In this document: positions 55,900 through 64,000 of the stretch, piece by piece
Numbering within the stretch: the first letter of the stretch is position 1
How the letters are laid out: each line of letters starts with the position of its first letter
Source: an uncultured delta proteobacterium
GTDB taxonomy: Bacteria > Desulfobacterota > Binatia > JACPRU01
Assembly: GCA_963790365.1 (NCBI GenBank)
Contig: CAWBOU010000052.1
Coordinates: 13,339 to 77,338, forward strand
Length of the DNA stretch: 64,000 nucleotides
Reading direction: 5' to 3'
The notes under the pieces: generated by a model
The model's database searches: none
What the model was told of the DNA's origin: nothing
What the model saw: the letters and a program-made list of their open reading frames with translations, nothing else
Position numbers and translations under genes: made by a program

Positions 55900-56370
55900 T
55901 CACTTCGCCGCCTGGAGCGCCTCCAGAACCTTGTCGGGATGCTGCTCCGCGCTCGGCACGCGCGCCCAATGCTTCTTGACCTTGCCGTCGGGGCCGATCC
56001 ACACCGTCGAGCGGATCACGCCGACGGTCTTCTTGCCGTAGAGCATCTTCTCGCCGTACGCGCCGTACTTCTCCATCACCTTCCGGTCGGGGTCGGAGAG
56101 CAGCGGGAACGGCAGCTTGTACTTCGACGTGAACTTCTGGTGGGACTCCGCGCCGTCCGCCGACACGCCGAGCACGACCGCGTTGAGCTTCTGGATCTCC
56201 TTCCACGAATCGCGGAAGCCGCACGCTTCCTTCGTGCACCCGGGGGTGTCGTCCTTCGGGTAGAAGTAGAGGATCACGTTCTTGCCGGCGAAGTCGGCGA
56301 GTGAGACCTTCTTGCCCGTGCCGTCCGCCAGCGTGAACGCGGGCGCTGCCTTGCCTTCCTGAATCGCCAT
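55900..56370 (-). CDS. bcp: thioredoxin-dependent thiol peroxidase (Bcp-type peroxiredoxin)
   Basis: Internal ATG at 56370. NVILYFYPKDDTPGCTKEACGFRD contains the peroxidatic Cys motif. 156 aa. Confidence 0.9.
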   Translation of the reverse strand: MAIQEGKAAPAFTLADGTGKKVSLADFAGKNVILYFYPKDDTPGCTKEACGFRDSWKEIQKLNAVVLGVSADGAESHQKFTSKYKLPFPLLSDPDRKVMEKYGAYGEKMLYGKKTVGVIRSTVWIGPDGKVKKHWARVPSAEQHPDKVLEALQAAK

Positions 56371-56390
56371 CGACTCCCTTTCTCCGAAGG

Positions 56391-57320
56391 TCAGATCTCG
56401 AGCGCGGCGCGGGTCGCAGGACCGACGATGCCGTCGACGAAGAGACCGGCCTTCTTCTGGAACGCGCGCACCGCGCGCGCGGTCGCCGCATCGTAGACGC
56501 CGGTCGCGCGGAGGTCGATGCCCCGTTCGCGGAGCGCGCTCTGCACCTTCGCGACGTCGGGGCCGCGTAGCGGCGGGCTCCGCACGAGAAGCGTGCGCTC
56601 GTCGAGCTCGGCGGAGGCGCGAATGGGATCTCCGCCTTCGATCGCGACGAGGTCGATCCGCACGCCGCGCACGACGAGCGGGAGACCGAGCTCCCAGCGC
56701 TCCTCCGCGATCAGGCGCCCGAGCTCGTCCATGCGGTAGACGGTCTTCCGGAGCGGCGGGACCGGGCTCGTCGAGAGCCATGCGCGACGCTCCGAGACGT
56801 AAGCCGCGATCCAGCGACGCTCGCCGATCGACGCCGCCTTGCCGTAGCGGAGGTCCGTCCGATCGCACATCGCGCGCCAGGAGCCGTGCACGTGTGAATC
56901 GTAGACGACGGTGACGCCGAGCGCCGAGCTCACGCCCACGCGGTTTGCGGCGAGGATGCTCGGCGTCCACCAGAGGCGATCGAGGAGCGCGTCTTGCACG
57001 TCGTGCATCACCGGATCGTCGCCCGCGGTGTCGAGGAGCCCGCGAAGGCGGACGTCGCGGTCGAGCGCGAGATCGCGCGCGGCGAGCTTCCGGAGGTAGC
57101 GGCGGAGGTCCTTCGCGAGGCGCGCGCGCGGCGCGCGGCAATACGCGTCGACCAGCAGATGGAGGTTGCCGCTTGCGAGCGTCGCCTGCGGGCGACCGTA
57201 GCTCAGGTGTCCCTTGTCGCCGGCGACGAGCGTGACTCGACCATAATCACCGCGTGCTCGCCCGGTCTCCAGGACGTCTACGATCGCCTGCGCCGCGCGC
57301 TTCGCCAGGTCACCGAGCAT
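56391..57320 (-). CDS. peptidoglycan-binding-domain protein with N-terminal glycosidase-like (chitosanase/muramidase-like) domain
   Basis: Start at ATG 57320. C-terminal PG_binding_1 pattern GPDVAKVQSALRERG...TGVYDAATARAVRAFQKKAGLFVDGIVGPATRAAL. The N-domain assignment is tentative. Confidence 0.6.
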   Translation of the reverse strand: MLGDLAKRAAQAIVDVLETGRARGDYGRVTLVAGDKGHLSYGRPQATLASGNLHLLVDAYCRAPRARLAKDLRRYLRKLAARDLALDRDVRLRGLLDTAGDDPVMHDVQDALLDRLWWTPSILAANRVGVSSALGVTVVYDSHVHGSWRAMCDRTDLRYGKAASIGERRWIAAYVSERRAWLSTSPVPPLRKTVYRMDELGRLIAEERWELGLPLVVRGVRIDLVAIEGGDPIRASAELDERTLLVRSPPLRGPDVAKVQSALRERGIDLRATGVYDAATARAVRAFQKKAGLFVDGIVGPATRAALEI

Positions 57321-57426
57321 GTGGACCGGAGCATCGAACGTTGGGCACTGGTTCCGCAACCCGCGCGGTGTCCGATTGGACGGCCGGCCGGGTAAGGGAT
57401 AGATCCCCTCGCCGGAGGAAGAGCCC

Positions 57427-58515
57427 ATGCGCGCCGCCGTCATGCGTCGAAAGAAGCTCGTCGTCGACGACGTCCCGACCCCGGAACCGGGGCCCGGGCA
57501 GGTCCTCGTCAAGACGCTCGCCTGCGGGATCTGCGGCTCGGACCTCCACGCGCTGAAGCACGCGGAAAAGCTGGTGGACGTCGCCAAGCGGACGAGCGGC
57601 GCCTTCATCATGGACCCCGACCGCGACGTCGTCATGGGGCATGAGTTCTCGGCGGAGATCGTCGACTACGGGCCCGGCGCGATGAAGGCGTTGAAGACCG
57701 GCACGCGCGTATGCTCGATGCCGGTCGTGTTCGGCGGCCCGAACGGCATCTCGACGGTCGGGTATTCGAACGAGAACCCCGGCGGCTACGCCGAGTTCAT
57801 GCGCCTGTCGGAGATGCTGCTCCTCGAGATTCCGAACGGGCTCTCCTCCGAGCATGCAGCCCTCACCGAGCCGATGGCGGTCGGGCTCCACGCGGTCGAG
57901 AAGGCGCGGCTCGAAAAGAATGACGTACCGCTCGTCGTCGGCTGCGGGCCGGTCGGGCTCGCGGTGATCGCCGCGCTCAAGATCCGCGGAGCCGCGCCGA
58001 TCGTCGCCGCCGACTTCTCGTCGCGCCGCCGCGAGCTCGCGGTCGCGATGGGTGCGGACGTCGTCGTCGACCCGGCGGAGCGCTCGCCGTACCAGCGCTG
58101 GGCGGAGGTCGCCCCGTGGCCGAATCCGGACGATGCCCCGATGCAGCCACCCTGGATGCCGGGCCCGCCACTTCGGCCGCAGGTCGTGTTCGAGTGCGTC
58201 GGCGTTCCCGGCGTCATCTCCCAGATTCTCGGCTCGGCGCACCCGCAGGCGCGGATCGTCGTCGTCGGCGTCTGCATGGAGAAGGACTCGTTCGAGCCGA
58301 TGTTCGGCATCAACAAGGAGCTGAACGTCCAGTTCGTGCTCGCCTACACGCCGGCCGAGTTCGCCGAGACTCTTGGGCACATCGCCGAGGGCCGTATTTC
58401 GGTCGAGCCGCTCGTCACCGGTAAAGTGGGCGTGGAGGGCGTCGCGGGCGCGTTCGAGGAGCTCGCTTCGCCCGAGCGCCATGCCAAGATTCTCGTAGAA
58501 CCCTGGCGAAGCTGA
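57427..58515 (+). CDS. zinc-dependent alcohol dehydrogenase family protein
   Basis: GQVLVKTLACGICGSDLH zinc motif and GCGPVGLAVI Rossmann motif. 362 aa. Confidence 0.85.
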   Translation: MRAAVMRRKKLVVDDVPTPEPGPGQVLVKTLACGICGSDLHALKHAEKLVDVAKRTSGAFIMDPDRDVVMGHEFSAEIVDYGPGAMKALKTGTRVCSMPVVFGGPNGISTVGYSNENPGGYAEFMRLSEMLLLEIPNGLSSEHAALTEPMAVGLHAVEKARLEKNDVPLVVGCGPVGLAVIAALKIRGAAPIVAADFSSRRRELAVAMGADVVVDPAERSPYQRWAEVAPWPNPDDAPMQPPWMPGPPLRPQVVFECVGVPGVISQILGSAHPQARIVVVGVCMEKDSFEPMFGINKELNVQFVLAYTPAEFAETLGHIAEGRISVEPLVTGKVGVEGVAGAFEELASPERHAKILVEPWRS

Positions 58516-58546
58516 GCTGATCGACCTACGGAGGAGCTGAACCCCG

Positions 58547-59634
58547 ATGGACATCGGCGTCTTCATGATGCCTTCGCACCCGCCGGAGCGGCCGCTCCGC
58601 GAAGGCTACGAGTGGGATCTCCGTCATCTCGAGCTCTGTGACCGCCTCGGCTTCTCGGAGGCGTGGATCGGCGAGCACTTCACCTCGCCGTGGGAGCCGA
58701 ATCCCGCGCCCGGATCTCCTGATCGCGCAGGCGCTGCTTCGCACGCGCACGATGAAGCTCGCGCCCGGCGCGCATCTGCTTCCGTTCCATCATCCCGCCG
58801 AGCTCGCGCATCGTGTCGCCTTCCTCGATCACATGGCCGAGGGGCGGTTCATGTTCGGCGTCGGCTCGAGCGGGCTTCCGAGCGACTGGCGGCTGTTCAA
58901 CGTCGACGGGATGAAGGGCGACAACCGCAAGATGACTCGCGAGGCGCTCGACATCATCCTCCGCCTCTGGGGCGACGACGAGCCGTTCGAGTATCGCGGC
59001 GAGTACTGGAGCGTGAACAGCATGGAGCCGATGTTCGACTTCCTGAATCGGTATCTGAAGCCGTTCCAGAAGCCGCATCCGCCGATCGGCATCGCCGGGC
59101 TCTCGCCGAACTCGGACACGCTCGTGATCGCGGGCGAGCGCGGGTTCATGCCGATGAGCCTCAACATCAACGCCGCGTACCTCGCGAGCCACTGGGCGTC
59201 GGTCGAGAAGGGCGCCGAGTCGGTCGGTCGCACGCCGAATCGCGCGATTGGAAGCTCGTCCGCGAGGTCTACGTCGCCGAGACTGATCGCGAGGCGCGCC
59301 GCAAAGCGATCGAGGGACCGATCGGGCGCGCCTATCGCGAGTACCTGCTGCCGCTCTTCGGTAACTTCGGCTTCCTCGGTCTTTTCAAGCATGATCCGGC
59401 GGTGCCGGACTCCGACGTCTCGCCGGAGTATATCTGTGAGTATGGCGGTTGGCTCGTCGGCTCGCCGTCGACGGTGCGCCAGCGTCTCGCGGACATGGAA
59501 GGCGACGCTGGCGGATTCGGCACGCTCCTCGTTCTGACGTTCGATCACCTGGACGACGACGAGGGCTGGGCCGCGTCGCAACGGCTGATGATCGAGGAAG
59601 TCATGCCGCACTTCCGAGATCGCAAGGCGCTTGA
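58547..59634 (+). pseudogene. LLM class flavin-dependent oxidoreductase with two compensating frameshifts (3' end uncertain)
   Basis: MDIGVFMM...LGFSEAWIGEHF is in frame 1. DLLIAQALL...GRFMFGVGSSG...HPPIGIAG...RTPNRA is in the ORF 58638 frame. It returns to frame 1 at DWKLVREVYVAETDREA...VMPHFRDRKA. As read, frame 1 runs on to 59776 with a non-native-looking tail. Confidence 0.7.
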
Positions 59635-59768
59635 GCGCGCGCCGCAAAGGGAGCCCTCAAAGGGCGCTGGGTCGTGGCCGGCATCCTCGGGATCGGTCTG
59701 TCCGCGCTCGCGATCCTGTGGTTCGTCTCCCTCCGGTTCCACTCGGGTCGGGGCGGTGGGTGATCTCC

Positions 59769-61147
59769 ATGGCTGATCCACTTCTCGACCTCGAACGGAA
59801 GATCGCGACCGGCGAAGCGATCGTCGGCGTGATCGGGCTCGGCTACGTCGGGTTGCCGCTCTCCTGCACGATCGTCGAGCGCGGGATCCGCGCGATCGGC
59901 TTCGACGTCGACTCGACGAAGATCGGCAGCTCGCGCGCGGCGAGACCTACATTCGCCACATCCCCGGAGAGCGGTTGGCGAAGATCGTCGTCCCGGGGCG
60001 GACTCCCGCCGCGCTCGCGGCGGCGCGCGAGCCCGGCTTCGTGCCGACCGCGGACTTCGACGAGCTCCGCCTCTGCGACGCGATCGTCATCTGCGTGCCG
60101 ACGCCGCTCACCGAGGGGCGCGAGCCCGACTCTCGGCGTCGTCATCGGCACCGCGGAGCGATCGCGACGCGGCTCCGCGCCGGGCAGCTCGTGGTGCTCG
60201 AGAGCACGACCTATCCCGGGAACGACCGACGAGGTCGTGCTGCCGATCCTCGAGGAGAGCGGTCTGCGGCGTCGGCCACGATTTCTTTCTCGCGTTCTCG
60301 CCCGGAGCGCGAGGACCCGGGCGATCCGACGCCACGTCACGCGCAAGATCCCGAAGGTCGTCGGCGGCGTCGACGCCGCGCTGCGGCGAGATCGCGGCGG
60401 CGCTCTACGGCGCAGATCGTCGAGCGCGTCGTGCCGGTCTCGAGCGCGCGCGTGCCGAGATCGGCAAGCTCCTGGAGAACACCTTCCGCGGCGTCAACAT
60501 CGCGCTCGTGAACGAGCTCAAGATGCTGTTCGAGCGCATGGGCATCGACGTCTGGGAGGTGATCGACGCCGCGGCGACGCAAGCCGTTCGGCTTCATGCC
60601 GTTCTACCCGGGCCCGGGCCTCGGCGGCCACTGCATCCCGATCGATCCGTTCTACCTCACCTGGAAGGCGCGCCAGTACGACTTCGACCACGCGGTTCAT
60701 CGAGCTCGCCGGCGAGATCAACACGGCGATGCCGTACTGCGTGGTGGAGCGAGATCGTCGCCGCGCTCGACGACGCACGGCAAGCCGCTCAAGGGCGCCG
60801 AGATCCTCGTGCTCGGCGTCGCGTACAAGAAGGACGTCGACGATCTGCGCGAGTCGCCCGCGCTGAAGCTGATCGAGATCCTCGAGGCGCGCGGCGCGCG
60901 CGTGGCATATCACGACCCGTACGTGCCGACGCTCCGGACGCGGCGCCTGCGCCGGTACGACGTGCTCGAGCTCGACTCCCTGCCGATCGACGCCGCATCG
61001 CTCGCTCGATTCGACTGCGTCGTGGTGGCGACCGACCACTCGGCGTTCGATTGGGATGCGATCGTCGCGGCGAGCCGGCTCGTCGTGGACACGCGCAACG
61101 CGACCCGCCGTGTGACGAGGAATCGGGAGAAGATCGTCGCCGCCTGA
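59769..61147 (+). pseudogene. nucleotide-sugar dehydrogenase (UDP-glucose/GDP-mannose dehydrogenase family), left copy, multiple frameshifts
   Basis: [17 protein letters not shown] motif, [42 protein letters not shown] and [18 protein letters not shown] lie in different frames. Confidence 0.75.
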
Positions 61148-61205
61148 AAGGAACGCGCGGGGGCGTTCCGTGGAAATCGCCGATCGCGCTCGGTATGGTC
61201 CGCCC

Positions 61206-61856
61206 ATGCGTCGCGCCGTTCTCGCTTGCGCAATCGCGTTGGCGCTTTTCGCCGCCTGCCTCCGCATCGCCGAACGCCCTCGGCCGTCGCGCGCCGTGAC
61301 GGAGCCCGCCGTGACGGCGGATCCCGCCCGGCTTCAGGATTTCCTGGCGACACGACGGACAGCCGGGATCGCGAAGGACCCCGAGATCCACTCCGGGGAC
61401 GTCATCCGCGTCGAGGTCGCGGACCTGGCCGAGGCGAGTCGGGAATATACGGTTTCTCGCGAAGGGACGATTCGCGTGCCCTACGCCGAGGAAGCCGAAG
61501 TCGCGGGAATGAGCGCCAAAGAAGCCGCGGCGGTATCGCACGCCAGCTCGATTCCGTCGTGATCGATCCCGATGTGAAAGTGGAATTGCGGAAAGGCGGC
61601 GGGAGCGAAGTCGTCGTCGTCGGTGCCGTCGAGCGGCCCGGCAGGGTGCCCCTCGGGATGAAGGGCAAGACGCTGCTGGAGGCGATCGCAGCGGTGGGCG
61701 GGCTCAGCGCGGACGCAACCGGCGTGATCCGGATCCTACCCGCCCCGGGGTCCTCCGGTCCGCCCGGTCTCTTCGCCGAGGGCGTTCCCGGGGCACCTCG
61801 CGAGAAGCCGCTCGAGATCGCGGCCGCTGACGTCCTGCGCGGCGGAGCGAATGGCC
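61206..61856 (+). pseudogene. Wza-like polysaccharide export lipoprotein, left copy, frameshifted and truncated at the palindrome centre
   Basis: MRRAVLACAIALALFAAC lipobox. GDVIRVEV...YTVSREGTIRVPY (Poly_export-like), then VVVVGAVERPGRVPL...TLLEAIAAVGG (SLBB-like). The reading stops making sense at 61857. Confidence 0.65.
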
Positions 61857-61857
61857 G

Positions 61858-62511
61858 GGCCATTCGCTCCGCCGCGCAGACGGCTCGACGGCCGCGATTG
61901 TCGACGGCTTCTGGGGGTGCCCCGGGAACGCCCTCGCGAAGAGACCGGGCGGACCCGGAGGAGGACGGGGCGGGTAGGGATCCGGATCACGGCGGTTGCG
62001 TCCGCGCCGCTGACCCAGCCCGCCGGTACGAGGGGGGGCAGCGTCTTGCCCTTCATCCCCGAGGGGCGCCCTCCCGGGCCGCTCGACGGCACCGACGACG
62101 ACGACTTCGCTCCCGCCGCCTTTCCGCGATTCCAGTTTCACATCGGGATGCATCACGAGACGGAATCGAGCTGGCGGTGCGACGTGGCCCGCCGCCGGCT
62201 TCTTTGGCGCTCATTCCCGCGACTTGCGCTTCCTCTGCGTAGGTCACGCGAATGGTACCCTTCACGAGAAACCGTATATTCCCGACTGGCCAACAGGTCC
62301 GCGACCTGCGACACGGATGACGTCCCCGACGATCTGAAATGCGCGATCCCGGCTGTCCGTCGTTTGGCCAGGGAACCTGAAGCCGGGCGGGATCCGCCGT
62401 CACGGCGGGCTCCGTCCCACGGCGCGACGGCCGAGGGCGTTCGGGCGATGCGGAGAGAGGCGGCGAAAAGCGCCAACGCGATTGCGCAAGCAGAACGGCG
62501 CGACGCGAGTG
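61858..62511 (-). pseudogene. Wza-like export lipoprotein, right (mirror) copy, more degraded
   Basis: Reverse complement mirrors 61206..61856. The ATG is replaced (ccc-actcg), the lipobox Cys is changed to Ser, and there are several frameshifts. Confidence 0.6.
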
Positions 62512-62560
62512 GGCGGACCATACCGAGCGCGATAGGCAATTAAGCCCCCGCGCGTTCCTT

Positions 62561-63919
62561 TCAGGCGGCGACGATCTTGTCTCGATTCGTCTTCACGCGG
62601 GCGGTCGCGTTCCGCGTGTCGACCACGAGCCGGCTCGCCGCGACGATCGCATCCGAATCGAACGCCGAGTGGTCGGTCGCGACGACGACGCAGTCGAATC
62701 GCGCGAGCGATGCCGCATCGATCGGCAGGGAATCGAGCTCGAGAACGTCGTAGCGCCGCAGGCGCCGCGTCCGGAGTGTCGACGTAGGGGTCGTGGTATG
62801 CAGCGCGCGCGCCGCGCTCCTCGAGGATCGCGATCAGCTTCAGCGCGGGCGATTCACGGAGATCGTCGACGTCCTTCTTGTACGCCACGCCGAGCACCAG
62901 GATCTCGGCGCCCGAGAGCGCCGGCCTGAGCCGAGCGCGTCGACGATCCGCTCCACCACCCGAGTACGGCATCGCCGTGTTGATCTCGCCCGCGAGCTCG
63001 ATGAACGCGTGGCGTAAGTCGTACTGCGCGCGCCTTCCAGGTCAGATAGAACGGATCGATCGGGATGCAGTGCCCGCCGAGGCCCGGGCCCGGATAGAAC
63101 GGCATGAAGCCGAACGGCTTGGTCGAGGCGGCGTCGATCACTTCCCAACGTCGATGTCCATCCGCTCGCAGAGCATCTTGAGCTCGTTCACGAGCGCGAT
63201 GTTCACGCCGCGGAAGATGTTCTCGAGGAGCTTGGCCGGCTCGGCGACGCGCGTCGACGACACCGGGACGACTCCTCGACGATCTGCCGTAGAGCGCCTG
63301 CGCGACGTCGGCGCATCCGCGGCGTGACGCCGCCGACGACCTTCGGGATCGTCTCGGTGACGTAGCGTCGATTGCCCGGGTCCTCGCGCTCCGGGCGAGA
63401 AAGCGAGGGCGAAGTCGTCGCCGGCCCGAAGACCGCTCTTCTCGAGCATCGGCCGGAGGACCTCGTCGGTCGTGCCGGGATACGTCGTGGACTCGAGCAC
63501 CACGAGCTGCCCGGCGCGGAGCGTCGCGGCGATCGCTCGCGCGGTAGTGACGGCGGCAGATCGGGCTCGCGCCCCTCGGTGAGCGGCGTCGGCACGCAGA
63601 TGACGATCGCGTCGCAGAGGCGAAGCGCGTCGAAGTCCGCGGTCGGCACGAAGCCGAGGTCGCGCGCCGGCACGAGAGCGGCGGATCCGCCCCGGGACAA
63701 CGATCTTCGCCAACCGCTCTCCGGGGACGTGGCGAATGTAGGTCTCGCCGCGCACGAGCTTGCCGATCTTCGTCGCGTCGACGTCGAAGCCGATCGCGCG
63801 GAGCCGCGCTCGGCGATCGTGCATGAGAGCGGCAAGCCGAGGTAGCCGAGCCCGATCACGCCGACGATGGCGTCGCCGGTCGCGATCTTCCGTTCGAGGT
63901 CCCGAAATGGATCGGCCAT
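62561..63919 (-). pseudogene. nucleotide-sugar dehydrogenase, right (mirror) copy, multiple frameshifts
   Basis: [31 protein letters not shown]..., [37 protein letters not shown] and [19 protein letters not shown] lie in different frames. Shift positions differ from the left copy. Confidence 0.7.
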
Positions 63920-64000
63920 GGAGGTCACCCACCGCCCCGACAAATCGAAGGGAGAAGAAGTAAGGTCGCGAGCGCCGACAGACCGATCCCGAGGATGCCC

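Larger units (their letters stand above)
59679..64000. repeat. spacer-less inverted duplication (giant imperfect palindrome), centre at 61857
   Basis: Left arm 59679..61856 and right arm 61858..64000 are reverse complements at roughly 90% identity with indels. The core is a 45-nt perfect palindrome at 61835..61879. The right arm is cut by the window end. Confidence 0.9.

Noticed and set aside
1-64000. Search for CRISPR arrays, tRNA/rRNA genes, IS elements, integrases, phage or toxin-antitoxin modules
   Set aside because: I found no regularly spaced direct repeats, no cloverleaf-like or rRNA-like stretches in the few intergenic gaps, and no transposase, integrase or phage-type translations in the ORF track. 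Without search tools, small ncRNAs cannot be excluded.

Overview
Very GC-rich (about 70% by eye, not computed) bacterial chromosomal segment. It looks diderm: TonB-dependent receptor, TonB, DUF1329, AsmA/YhdP-like protein and a Wza-like lipoprotein are all present. I support about 60 protein-coding genes, identified by reading motifs in the supplied translations; no homology search was possible. Redox and lipid-type metabolism dominates: 3 acyl-CoA dehydrogenases, 4 LLM/luciferase-like oxidoreductases, a P450, a Baeyer-Villiger monooxygenase, SDRs, a crotonase and a molybdopterin oxidoreductase. There are also transporters, several DUF pairs and a polysaccharide-related end region. I recognised no rRNA, tRNA, CRISPR array, transposase or integrase. 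Most long Arg/Pro/Ala-rich ORFs in the track are shadow ORFs of real genes on the other strand or frame. Main points: (1) a family-1 encapsulin plus encapsulated-ferritin operon, extended upstream by two stress-type membrane genes; (2) a spacer-less inverted duplication with arms of at least 2.1 kb, centred at 61857 and running to the window edge, which could be a real palindrome, a hairpin-telomere read-through or a foldback assembly artefact; (3) patchy clusters of frameshifts in otherwise well-conserved genes, while neighbouring long genes are intact; (4) three small intergenic hairpin-repeat families, one with a compensatory stem change; (5) candidate operators and terminators; (6) several unusual domain fusions. 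None of these is demonstrably a new system from sequence alone.
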